A stretch of 64,000 bases of DNA from an uncultured virus (IMG/VR IMGVR_UViG_3300017963_000205). Lineage: Duplodnaviria > Heunggongvirae > Uroviricota > Caudoviricetes. Below the pieces are notes generated by a model. The model was not told the DNA's origin and ran no database searches. It saw nothing but the letters and a program-made list of their open reading frames with translations. Shown piece by piece: positions 54,275-63,500 of this stretch. Position numbers and translations under genes: made by a program. The stretch is taken from IMG/VR virus record IMGVR_UViG_3300017963_000205; one strand, written 5' to 3'. The first letter of the stretch is position 1. Every line of letters starts with the position of its first letter.

Positions 54275-55893
54275 CACTGCCAACGTATCCAGCCGACGAT
54301 TTCAATCAGGGCTCGCAGCTGCTGGCCCAGTTGGGATCGTTCTGGTTCAACATCTTCGAGGAGTGGCACAAGCTCCAGGTCCACTACCGTTCGTCGGGCT
54401 ATGAGGCGTCCCAGACCTACCTGAACTATCTGGAGACAATCGCGTCCCTTTCCCGCTTCAGTGTCCCGGTCTTTCACACGGAGGACTGGTATCTGCTGGT
54501 CGCCAAGCGCAGTGAGTCGGACAGCATCCCGTCGATCTATCAGGCCGGGGATCTGGTCTACGGCAACCAGACGGGCTCCGTGCCCGGGCGCGAGGCGGGC
54601 TTCGTGCAGACCTACGGCGGCACGGACAATCCCAACCTGCGGCAGATCCGGCTCCCCGATTCGCTCGTGGACTGCCCCTTCGTACTCCAAAACCTAGTGG
54701 TCCACCCCAGCAAGACCTGGGTGGCCGGCGCCGACTACGACATCGACAAAAATAGGAATCTGATCCGATTTCGGGAGGACCCCTTTGAAGACCCGCTCGT
54801 GGCCAAGGCCGATGTCGTCGATTCCAACGGCACGGTCGTCGACACCGAGATTGGCCTTTGGGTCTATAAGGGCAACATGGACCTGGATTACCTGTGGATA
54901 CATTTCGGATACGTGCTGGGGCTTCATCTCCAATCCAGTGAATTCTACAGGGGACTGATCAACGCAATCTGGGATTCGCGCGTCATCGGCGGTCTCACGG
55001 AGGCGACGCTGACCAGCTTCCTGGCGGCCCTCTCGGGCGCGCCCGTGTGCCTGAGCCCGCAGGAAACCGTGGAGGTCGTCCGCACGGAGGAAACCTCCCA
55101 GCTGATCGTGACCGACCTTAACGTGTATCGAGCGCCCTTGGGGGCGACGGCGACTGTCGCTGTGGGCGACACCGTCTTCCTGGGCGACTCCTTGACCGAT
55201 GCTTTTGAGATCGTGGAGCTGGCAACCAATGACCCGGATTACAGCCTGGTTCCGGCGATGGCGATGTCGGACAACTTCCTTTCTGGCGGCTATTTTGCGG
55301 AGCTGTCCTTTCGCAACCATAATGTTGCCTTGGAGTACCTCGGTCTGGACGAAAACAACAAGGCAGTGGTCCGTTTCGAGGTGGGAGGCTTCCCGGCAGA
55401 CGTGGAACTGTTCTGGGAGCAGGTCCACGCACGAGGAGTGGCAGACGGACAGACGCTCGCCAATCTGCTGGATCTGCGAGAAGATCCCCAGACTGAGCCG
55501 GTTCCGTCGAACTTGCCGGCGACAATCAACCCACTCCAGTTCGTCATGGAAAACCTTCTGAGGAACAATCTCTTCGTGATCAGGGCACGTGTGGGGTCCT
55601 TCGACGAGGACGCTCCCGGGCTCGGGATGTTCAAGTACCTGCGGGACATCATCCCGCCACACACCACATACATCGTCTTCGTTGAACAGGTTGTACCGAC
55701 GGAGACCGTTGACTTAAGTGTCCCGGGCGGAGAAGATGAACCCGGGGCAGAGGATGACGACGTCGAAGTGTTCGACGCCGCAAATCCAGTGTTCGAGGAG
55801 CTTTTCGAGACATCAGACGCCCCGCCTGCATCGGTGGCCAGTTACGGGGATGCCTCCGTCACGGCGCGTCAGGTATCGATGGAGTGCCAGTGA
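54271..55893 (+). CDS. baseplate wedge protein
   Basis: LGSFW..IF N-terminus and C-terminal ..IIPPHT pattern typical of wedge subunits; follows the J-like gene. Confidence 0.55.
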   Translation: MTLPTYPADDFNQGSQLLAQLGSFWFNIFEEWHKLQVHYRSSGYEASQTYLNYLETIASLSRFSVPVFHTEDWYLLVAKRSESDSIPSIYQAGDLVYGNQTGSVPGREAGFVQTYGGTDNPNLRQIRLPDSLVDCPFVLQNLVVHPSKTWVAGADYDIDKNRNLIRFREDPFEDPLVAKADVVDSNGTVVDTEIGLWVYKGNMDLDYLWIHFGYVLGLHLQSSEFYRGLINAIWDSRVIGGLTEATLTSFLAALSGAPVCLSPQETVEVVRTEETSQLIVTDLNVYRAPLGATATVAVGDTVFLGDSLTDAFEIVELATNDPDYSLVPAMAMSDNFLSGGYFAELSFRNHNVALEYLGLDENNKAVVRFEVGGFPADVELFWEQVHARGVADGQTLANLLDLREDPQTEPVPSNLPATINPLQFVMENLLRNNLFVIRARVGSFDEDAPGLGMFKYLRDIIPPHTTYIVFVEQVVPTETVDLSVPGGEDEPGAEDDDVEVFDAANPVFEELFETSDAPPASVASYGDASVTARQVSMECQ

Positions 55894-56492
55894 TGATCAT
55901 ACAGCGACACGCTCGTGGGGTCTTCGATCTCGCCCGTCAGGCGCGCGGCGACGTGAAGATCTTCTCCTTCGATCCCAAGACGGGGATTGTGTACCGCCTG
56001 TTGGAGAAGAGAAACCTGATTCTCTACAGCGGCGCGGATGTCCTGGCCAGCCTTCTGGCCGGCCAGAACACGCCGGTCAACGCGATGTACATGGAGTTCA
56101 AGAACCTGGCTGATCCTGCCGACTCCATCACGCCGCCAGCCTTTGATAGGGAAGGTGGGATCAGCTATTACAACGGCCTTTCGTCCAGCCCGGACACGGA
56201 CTTCCTGCGCATCCCGCTGACGGTCAATCCCACAATCGAAAGCTCGGACGCCGTCTACGCGGGCAATCAGGTCGTCTTCTTCGGCGTCAGCGAGGGGACC
56301 GTCGGCTTCCACGGCAAGTCGTTTCTTGATACGGCCAACAGCGCCGTGTTTGGGGCTGCTCTTGTGGCCGCGCCCGACTTGACCGATCAAAGTCAGGACA
56401 TGGTCTTTTCTCGGATATACTCAGGGATAGATAAGGTGCTCAAGGTGGCCGGGCACCAGATCGGGATTACCTGGACGATTCGGTTCAACTAG
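55893..56492 (+). CDS. putative baseplate/tail-fibre attachment protein
   Basis: TGATG coupling; NLILYSG...LA.L and C-terminal K......IGITWTIRF pattern. Confidence 0.5.
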   Translation: MIIQRHARGVFDLARQARGDVKIFSFDPKTGIVYRLLEKRNLILYSGADVLASLLAGQNTPVNAMYMEFKNLADPADSITPPAFDREGGISYYNGLSSSPDTDFLRIPLTVNPTIESSDAVYAGNQVVFFGVSEGTVGFHGKSFLDTANSAVFGAALVAAPDLTDQSQDMVFSRIYSGIDKVLKVAGHQIGITWTIRFN

Positions 56493-56502
56493 GAGTCAGC
56501 TG

Positions 56503-56850
56503 ATGAGCCCACACGTCTTTTTGATCAAAGAAGCACTGATCTCCGTGCCGTCGGCGGCGCTGCGGGGCAGTTTGATTGGGGCGGTTCCCGGAGCGGTAGG
56601 AGGTTACATGTCTGCCGATGATGACGATAACGCTTTGTTGAGAGCCCTGATTGGAGCAGGAGCAGGCGCGGGGCTTGGCGCCGGCGCCGGCGGACTGCAA
56701 CAATTGCTCAAACGAGACGCGCGGCGCACGGCGATAGACATCATGCGGCTTCATCGAGAAGACGCAGCGATTGACCCGACCATCCGCGCCGCAAGGGAGT
56801 TTCTGCGAACGGGGATGAACTTAGGAACTCCTCCGCGTCTGGCTAAATAA
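56503..56850 (+). CDS. glycine-zipper protein with HVFLIKEA leader
   Basis: MSPHVFLIKEA; GSLIGAVPGAVGG and ALIGAGAGAGLGAGAGG segments. Confidence 0.6.
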   Translation: MSPHVFLIKEALISVPSAALRGSLIGAVPGAVGGYMSADDDDNALLRALIGAGAGAGLGAGAGGLQQLLKRDARRTAIDIMRLHREDAAIDPTIRAAREFLRTGMNLGTPPRLAK

Positions 56851-56875
56851 CCAGCGAGTCATAAGAGGACAAATT

Positions 56876-58759
56876 ATGGTTACCCCTTGGATTCAGCAGA
56901 CGCGCCCCATCCAGAATGGTGAGGAAGTCCGTGCGGCCATAGCCAATCGGATGCCCGGCCAGAACGTCGATCGGACCCAGCACCTCAAGGACCGCCTGGA
57001 CGCACTGCAGGACAGCGAGGCGCTCTATCTGCGCGGCGTTCCGATGGACTCGTCCGTGAAGGTGGGCCACTACGTCTACTTCGACTCGACCACGCTCGCT
57101 TACAAGTCGGCGCTGGCAGCCGTTGAATTCGACACCACGCTGGGCGGGTATCTGGTCAAGGAATCGTCCTTTGCCACGGGCATTGTGATCTCCAAGTCTT
57201 CGGCCACGATGGGTGATTTGCTCCAGTTCGGCTTCCTGCGGGACTTCGACTTCACCAACACGATCGGAGCCACGGGCAGCTCGCTGGACGACGCGGGCGC
57301 GTACTACCTTTCTGCCTCGATCCCCGGGATGGCCACGAAGCAACAGCCGCCCGTAGGCATTTACCTGATGTTCCTGCGTGGCGACGGATCGGCACACATC
57401 CAGCCCTCGCCACGTGAGATGCTGGATGAGCACATCCACTACGCCTTCGACCTCTACGCGCAACCCGCCGGGCTGGTCCAGTGTCCGCAGCAATACACCC
57501 AGTATGTTTTCACCAGTACGGATAGCGATCAGCCCGGATGGCTTCCGGCTGACGACCCCATCTTCAACAGTATGGCCCCTTCCGGCGCTGTGTATGGATA
57601 CAACCTCTCGCAGCATGAGGAGTTGCAGCGCCTGTGGCCGCCGCTGCCCATCGAAGCGGCATACCTCGAAGCCGACGGGGTGGGCGTGCCCTCGTCCCGC
57701 TTCCAGATAGACCAACACGGTTTGTGGTGGTTTGACGGCTGTTATAATCGTGCCCCGTGGCCTACGGAGCCCCGCCCGTGCGATGGTGACGTGTCCTCTT
57801 CCAGCTCTTCATCGTCTTCTTCCAGTTCGGGCGTGTCGGGTACGCCAGAGTTTCCCGGCTCTTCCCATGCCTGCGAGTCCGGCCCTACGCTCGAACAGAT
57901 GGGCTTCGTGCGCAACGACCCGTTCGCCAAGGCCATGCGGCTTTACTTCACCAAGATGGTGATCAAGACGGACACCAGTGTCGTGACCCGGCTGACTCCT
58001 GCTGAGGGCAGCCCCATCACGATCGTGGGATGTGACGGCGTGACGCCCGCCGAGACGGGCGCGCTCCAAATCGGGATCGACCTCTCGCTGACCACCGAAG
58101 AGGGTCAGGCGGGCTACCAGGTCTTCAAGGACGTGGAGGGTCTGAACTTCAAGAGAGGTCCGGTCATCAGCGGCCTGAAGGCCGGCTCCAACATCACGCT
58201 GACCCCTGTCACGGGCATGTCGTCCGTGGAAGCGGACGGTACGGTGCGGGGCGAAGCAACTGTCAATGCCATATTGCCGGGTTCAGAGCAGGAAGAAGGG
58301 CGCATCACCCTCGTGGCGTTGAACAACGCGCGCGAGGAGCAGGTGGACGACACGTTCTTTCTGGCGTTCCCCACGGGACGGAACTCGAATCTTCGCGCGC
58401 GCATTGAGCTTCCAAGCGCCGGACTCATCGAAAATCCCCAAATGGAGCTGCGCTTCTGGGTCTTGGCCAGGGCCAGCGGGGTACTACCGGCGCTTCCCCT
58501 TTCGTACCGCCGCCTGTCACCGCCCAACGGGTGTGCCGAGGAAGACTTGCCTGATACCGATACGAGTCTGACGGACCTCGATCCGGGCGCGTGCGGAAGC
58601 CTGGACGCCGGGCAGTACGTGGAGGTCGTGTCGGACTCCTTCGTCGTTGCCGACGGCGAGTCCGTTTGGTTCTCGATCGGTCGGCTGTCGACCGACTCCT
58701 TTGCCGGTTCGGTCGGAATCCTGCGAATGGGCTATCGGATCTTCGCACCAACATCGTAA
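56876..58759 (+). CDS. putative baseplate/fibre structural protein
   Basis: 627 aa; I.NGE.V.A..ANR N-terminus; 12-Ser tract; several Cys. Confidence 0.55.
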   Translation: MVTPWIQQTRPIQNGEEVRAAIANRMPGQNVDRTQHLKDRLDALQDSEALYLRGVPMDSSVKVGHYVYFDSTTLAYKSALAAVEFDTTLGGYLVKESSFATGIVISKSSATMGDLLQFGFLRDFDFTNTIGATGSSLDDAGAYYLSASIPGMATKQQPPVGIYLMFLRGDGSAHIQPSPREMLDEHIHYAFDLYAQPAGLVQCPQQYTQYVFTSTDSDQPGWLPADDPIFNSMAPSGAVYGYNLSQHEELQRLWPPLPIEAAYLEADGVGVPSSRFQIDQHGLWWFDGCYNRAPWPTEPRPCDGDVSSSSSSSSSSSSGVSGTPEFPGSSHACESGPTLEQMGFVRNDPFAKAMRLYFTKMVIKTDTSVVTRLTPAEGSPITIVGCDGVTPAETGALQIGIDLSLTTEEGQAGYQVFKDVEGLNFKRGPVISGLKAGSNITLTPVTGMSSVEADGTVRGEATVNAILPGSEQEEGRITLVALNNAREEQVDDTFFLAFPTGRNSNLRARIELPSAGLIENPQMELRFWVLARASGVLPALPLSYRRLSPPNGCAEEDLPDTDTSLTDLDPGACGSLDAGQYVEVVSDSFVVADGESVWFSIGRLSTDSFAGSVGILRMGYRIFAPTS

Positions 58760-58768
58760 GGAGGGAGC

Positions 58769-59701
58769 ATGCCTCCCGCAGGCCCGCTTTGGAACATCGA
58801 TTGGCTGAATGCCAACAGCCAACGGAAATACCCCATCTTCGAGGAGGCCGGCCTAAAGGACGAAACCGGCTCCTTCGAGATCCCCAATGATCTGATCGTG
58901 GATCTGATCTGGCCGGTCCACATTGACGACACGGTCGATCAGTCGCTGTTCCACATCAAGGCCATTGGCATCTTCGGCGCGGGCGTGACCATCGCGCTCG
59001 GCTACAACGGCGACACCATCGGTTCCGTCTCCATTGACGCCGCGTCCTTCACGACCAACTCGGCTTATCAGATCATCGGAACGGGCCAGTTCTACGATAC
59101 GGTCGGCAAGATCGTCATCGGGAAACTCGATACGATCCTCAACTCGGCGGGTTCGTTCCAGTTCGATGTGGCGAATGCCCGTCTGGAGCCGACCACCATC
59201 AAACCGGATCTTCGGGGCGTCAATGCCATTTACGTGCGCAACGGCGACGAGACCTCCGAGGCCGTCCAGGGCGACGTGGTCCTGCAGGCCGGCCGGAACT
59301 TCCTGATCAACTTCGTGGCAGGGGCCGTCGACGAGCCGGACCGGATCGTGCTCAGCGCCATTGAGGGCGCGGGGCTCAACGAGGACTGCGAGTGCGGAGA
59401 AGCGGCGTCGCGCCCGTGTATCAAGACCATCGGGGGGATCGGCCCGGACTCCAACGGCGACTTCGAGCTGCTTGAGGACGATTGCATCAAACTGGACGCC
59501 ATCGCCAACGGCCTTCAGGTTCGGGACGAGTGCTCCAAGCCCTGCTGCGGCTGCGACGAGCTTCAGGTGATTTTGGACACGACGGCCATGGTTCAGGACC
59601 AGATCAATTCGCTGAGGACCCTGGCGGGTCGGATCGACGCCAAGGTGAACGCGCTGGAAACGCAGATCAACGCCTCCAAAATGGGTACGACACTGCCATG
59701 A
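58769..59701 (+). CDS. Cys-rich baseplate/fibre paralogue 1
   Basis: DWLNANSQRKYP...PNDLIVD; IKTIGGIGPDSNGDF; CSKPCCGC then coiled coil. Confidence 0.6.
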   Translation: MPPAGPLWNIDWLNANSQRKYPIFEEAGLKDETGSFEIPNDLIVDLIWPVHIDDTVDQSLFHIKAIGIFGAGVTIALGYNGDTIGSVSIDAASFTTNSAYQIIGTGQFYDTVGKIVIGKLDTILNSAGSFQFDVANARLEPTTIKPDLRGVNAIYVRNGDETSEAVQGDVVLQAGRNFLINFVAGAVDEPDRIVLSAIEGAGLNEDCECGEAASRPCIKTIGGIGPDSNGDFELLEDDCIKLDAIANGLQVRDECSKPCCGCDELQVILDTTAMVQDQINSLRTLAGRIDAKVNALETQINASKMGTTLP

Positions 59702-61104
59702 GCGGAGCCGTTTTTGAATGGCTGACTTCGAACACCCATATCGACTACCCGTTCAGCGAGCGGCAGTCGGATGGCCTGCATGAGCTGTTTGTCGACGCCT
59801 ACCTCATTCACACCAAGGACAGGGACAAGGACGCGCGCGTGCGGCTGGCTTCGTTCGATCCGGCTGGCACTGCCGAGCTTCGCTTCGACGATGATACCCT
59901 TTTGGCCTCACTCACAGGTGCAGACAACTTTTCTTCGTCCGTTTTTGGAAGTTACACCATATACGAATGGAGAAGGTCGACTACAATCGGGGCGGGATTC
60001 ACGGGTGAGGATATCATCTTTCGTCTCACCGTACACACCGAGAAGTTGGCGCAGTTCAGCTTTCCACATCTCTCCACTACCTCCTACCTGCTGTCCTCTC
60101 TGGTGAATCCCCGTGTCAGCAGGGTGCGACGCTTCGCCACGGCCCTTCCGGGGCTGCCGTGCTGCACGGGCGGCGGGATCACCGACAAGGCCATCGTGCT
60201 CGAAGCGGGCAACAACATCGCCATGACGCTTTCTGAGGACACGGACATCGGCTTCTCGCTGGATGAGGGGACAGAGGTTCGCGCGCCCAAACGCATCGTC
60301 TTCGACGCCGTTGGCGGGGAGGGCACCGGGGCCTTTCAGACCTGCGGCTCACTTGAATCCGCCATTCGGCGGATTGCCGGCGTGGGCGTGGACGACAACG
60401 GTGATTTCTCCTTTGACGGGGAGGATTGCACGTGGACCGAGCGGCGTCTGACGCCGGGAGCGACGCAGCCGCCCATCCACCCGAACACGGACTACCTGAC
60501 AACGGTCATCGACAACCTGATGCAGGTCCACGGCAACTGTACGGAATGCTGCGCCTGCGCTGACTACGGGCGGGTGTACAACGAGTTGAAGCGTCTCTGG
60601 GAGCAGGCCGTCGCTCTCGCTAGTACAATCGAGAGGCTGCGGAACGAGTACAACGCGCTGGTTCAGCTGTGGAATCTCATTCGGGACGCCAAAGAGGACG
60701 GCATCCACTTGAAGCTGCGTCCGCTGGCTGGAGCCGATTTCAGCATCAGCGTCATGGTCCTGGTTTACAACAACACCGGCGAGGACATGACCGACCCGAT
60801 CGACGTGGAGGTCGAATTTTCGGAGGACGGCGGGGTTTACGTGGAGAAGTCCGGCCACATCGACATGGAAACCCTTCGCATGCAGCAGTTGGACCCTTCT
60901 ATTGACGGCAACAAGTATTCGTACACGTTCTTCCCGTTGAAGCGGGCCCAGTACGCCACGGCCATATTCATGGTTCGCTTCGGCGCCAGCGTGCCAAATC
61001 GCCGCAACAAGGTGATCCGGCTGGAAGGAACGATGACGGCAGGAGCACTCACGGACACGGATGTGCAGTCTTCGGGCCTGGTGCCCCCACTGAGAAAGGC
61101 ATAG
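59698..61104 (+). CDS. Cys-rich baseplate/fibre paralogue 2
   Basis: ATGA overlap start at 59698; EWLTSNTHIDYP; IRRIAGVGVDDNGDF; CTECCAC then coiled coil. Confidence 0.6.
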   Translation: MSGAVFEWLTSNTHIDYPFSERQSDGLHELFVDAYLIHTKDRDKDARVRLASFDPAGTAELRFDDDTLLASLTGADNFSSSVFGSYTIYEWRRSTTIGAGFTGEDIIFRLTVHTEKLAQFSFPHLSTTSYLLSSLVNPRVSRVRRFATALPGLPCCTGGGITDKAIVLEAGNNIAMTLSEDTDIGFSLDEGTEVRAPKRIVFDAVGGEGTGAFQTCGSLESAIRRIAGVGVDDNGDFSFDGEDCTWTERRLTPGATQPPIHPNTDYLTTVIDNLMQVHGNCTECCACADYGRVYNELKRLWEQAVALASTIERLRNEYNALVQLWNLIRDAKEDGIHLKLRPLAGADFSISVMVLVYNNTGEDMTDPIDVEVEFSEDGGVYVEKSGHIDMETLRMQQLDPSIDGNKYSYTFFPLKRAQYATAIFMVRFGASVPNRRNKVIRLEGTMTAGALTDTDVQSSGLVPPLRKA

Positions 61105-62706
61105 ATGGCGATCGTTTTTACCGAGTGGCTCAATGGAAACGAGTCACGCAGCTACCCCGTCCATGATTCAGCCTCTCGCCAGGCCAAGGACGGGAGCTTG
61201 TTGCCCAACGATCTGATCGTGGATGCCAGTATCTGGGTGCCGCGTTCGGCGGGGCGCTATGTCTATGTCTCCTCTGTGGGCCGGACTGCGGGACTGTTTT
61301 CACTGACGCTGCTGGCTTCCGAGTTCTCGCCGTTCTGCCCGAATCCTTCGTCTTCATCGGGAGCGAGCTTCACGCCGCTGGCAGTGCTGAACATCACGCG
61401 GCCGATCACCCGTTTCAAGAACTACGCCATCGAGGCGCTCTATCCCGGCGTGGGCGGATGGGTTGCTTTGGGTGGTGGAGCGCTTGAAACGGATGAACTC
61501 TTTCAACGCTTCGACGGTCCCGAAGCCTCTCAGCTGGGCCCGCGCTCCGTGCGCGCGTACGAGGACGCGGGTGTGGACTCGTTGAGCAAGGAGGGCATGC
61601 CCGGAGTGACGGGCCTGATAGTTTTACGGGGACTGGCCGGAGTGACCAAGACGTACAAGGCTACGCGCACCATCGACGGGGTGGAAAGGGAAGTAGCCGT
61701 CATTGCGCTTGACCGGGCCACACAAGGCGTTGAGCAACTCCAGTCTTTTGCCGGCGCTTGTGGTGGGCGCCCGCATGTGGGCACCTGCAAGAAACGCGTG
61801 ATCACGCAGGTCAACGACGTGTTCCCTGACTCTGACGGCGACATCGAGCTGGTCATCGAGAACGCCGTGGTCGGCGACATTGGTGATGGAATGGTTGTTG
61901 ATCACAACACTTCGCTCTCCGAGGTGTGCGACACGCTCAATTTCCCTCACGTCCCCAGAGACATCTTCGGCCCGGAGTCCTCGTCGAGCGCCTCGCCCAC
62001 ACCCAGCTCTTCGTCGTCGCTCTCCTCGTCGTCCACCTCGTCGGCTTCTGGCCTGCCGGATTATTACTGTGAGGACTTTGAGGATGGGCAGGCTGAGGAG
62101 CTGACCGTGGAGAAGGGAGCCTTCTCCATTGAGGACACAGACAGAACCAAGCGGTATCTGAGCAACGCCGGAGACCTGTTCGACCAGTTCTCGATTGACC
62201 GCTTCCGAAGCCTGCTCGTGGACGATGCGCCCACATTCAATCTCATAGTACGGCCTCTTTCGGCCTCGTTGGGCGAGGGGCACGTGATTTACGGCTTCCA
62301 GAACGAGGACGCCTTTTACTTCGCAGGCGTGACGCTGCGCCCCTCGTCGGCGTACCCGAACGGGAGGATCTTCATCGGGAGAAAGACTGCGGGAGGCGGG
62401 GCGTGGCCAAGCGGCCTGGGGCTGGGCTACGTCTTTGACATCAGCTACGATCCGGGCGTCGCCCTTGAAATCACGGATTACGAGTTCACGGTCCGCCCTT
62501 TCAAGGTTGGCGGATTTTACTTCACTGAGCTTCTGGTTGAGTGGGACGGCGGATCGGTCAGTGACGTTTTCGTACACGCTACGACCATACCAGATGGCTT
62601 TGCAGGACTTGGAGTTGTAGGATCAGAGACGGAGTTCGACGACTTCGGGATCAACTGTCCGTTGTTCCCGTCCAGCTCGTCTTCGTCTTCGTCTTCGGGC
62701 CCATAA
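61105..62706 (+). CDS. baseplate/fibre paralogue 3 with C-terminal beta-sandwich and poly-Ser
   Basis: EWLNGNESRSYP...PNDLIVD; ITQVNDVFPDSDGDI; three Ser-rich tracts. Confidence 0.6.
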   Translation: MAIVFTEWLNGNESRSYPVHDSASRQAKDGSLLPNDLIVDASIWVPRSAGRYVYVSSVGRTAGLFSLTLLASEFSPFCPNPSSSSGASFTPLAVLNITRPITRFKNYAIEALYPGVGGWVALGGGALETDELFQRFDGPEASQLGPRSVRAYEDAGVDSLSKEGMPGVTGLIVLRGLAGVTKTYKATRTIDGVEREVAVIALDRATQGVEQLQSFAGACGGRPHVGTCKKRVITQVNDVFPDSDGDIELVIENAVVGDIGDGMVVDHNTSLSEVCDTLNFPHVPRDIFGPESSSSASPTPSSSSSLSSSSTSSASGLPDYYCEDFEDGQAEELTVEKGAFSIEDTDRTKRYLSNAGDLFDQFSIDRFRSLLVDDAPTFNLIVRPLSASLGEGHVIYGFQNEDAFYFAGVTLRPSSAYPNGRIFIGRKTAGGGAWPSGLGLGYVFDISYDPGVALEITDYEFTVRPFKVGGFYFTELLVEWDGGSVSDVFVHATTIPDGFAGLGVVGSETEFDDFGINCPLFPSSSSSSSSSGP

Positions 62707-62708
62707 TA

Positions 62709-62725
62709 GGAATCGATTCCGAAAT
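62709..62725. promoter_or_regulatory. palindromic motif copy (GGAA-TCGA-TTCCGAAAT)
   Basis: 17 bp identical to 24261-24277; overlaps the start codon of the next gene. Confidence 0.55.
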
Positions 62726-63500
62726 GTCTGGTCCGCTGCTTAACACCGAATGGCGCAACAACAACGAAAGGGTCAATTACCCCTTCGCTGATTACGCCAC
62801 GTTGGTCAACAGCAGTGGTGCCGCCGTGGACCAAGACCTGTTTGACGACGCGCGCATCTACCCGATCGGGGGGACGGGCGGCCTCTATTTGGGAAAGATC
62901 AGCGTGGAGGGGACGGAGCTGACCTTTCACATCTACGACCCGTCGCTCGGGGAGGTGGCCACCGGAGCCTTCGACTTTGGCTCGCCGCCTTCGGAGGTGG
63001 CGCTCTACGACGCGTACAGCCGCCCGGCGGGAATCCTTGTCAGCGACGCCAACCGTCTTGGCGCGCTCAACGGGATTTACGGTGAAGGCAGTGTGGAGTT
63101 CGAGCAGGAGCAGACGGAGTTTGTTGCCTCCGTGGCCATACCGCTGCCTGATCCGGGCGTGCGTGGCCTGCTGCTGGATGACGGCAACATTGTTAGTGGC
63201 GACATCTGGTTGGTCGGCGAGGACGGCGTGGTGCTTCGCATGGAGGATGGCGCCATACGGATGGACGTGATTGGCGACCCATACGTACAGGAAAAGGATT
63301 GCGAAGAGGAAGGATCGCCCCTGCCGCAGTTCTGCGGCCTGAAGAGCATCAACCAGATCACACCGAACGACATAGGTGATTTCACGCTCAGAACGGGCGG
63401 CAACCTTGCAGAGGACCCCGTGGTGCGGGTTGTTCCGATTACGAACGGGGTCCGCGTTGAGATGGTCGGGATGAAAGGCGGTATAGACCAGGATGCCTGA
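62724..63500 (+). CDS. baseplate/fibre paralogue 4
   Basis: EWRNNNERVNYP; LKSINQITPNDIGDF. Confidence 0.6.
   Translation: MSGPLLNTEWRNNNERVNYPFADYATLVNSSGAAVDQDLFDDARIYPIGGTGGLYLGKISVEGTELTFHIYDPSLGEVATGAFDFGSPPSEVALYDAYSRPAGILVSDANRLGALNGIYGEGSVEFEQEQTEFVASVAIPLPDPGVRGLLLDDGNIVSGDIWLVGEDGVVLRMEDGAIRMDVIGDPYVQEKDCEEEGSPLPQFCGLKSINQITPNDIGDFTLRTGGNLAEDPVVRVVPITNGVRVEMVGMKGGIDQDA

Noticed and set aside
35803..56492. Stand-alone eCIS/tailocin or T6SS locus
   Set aside because: Capsid, scaffold, protease and neck genes are present in the same array, indicating a complete phage
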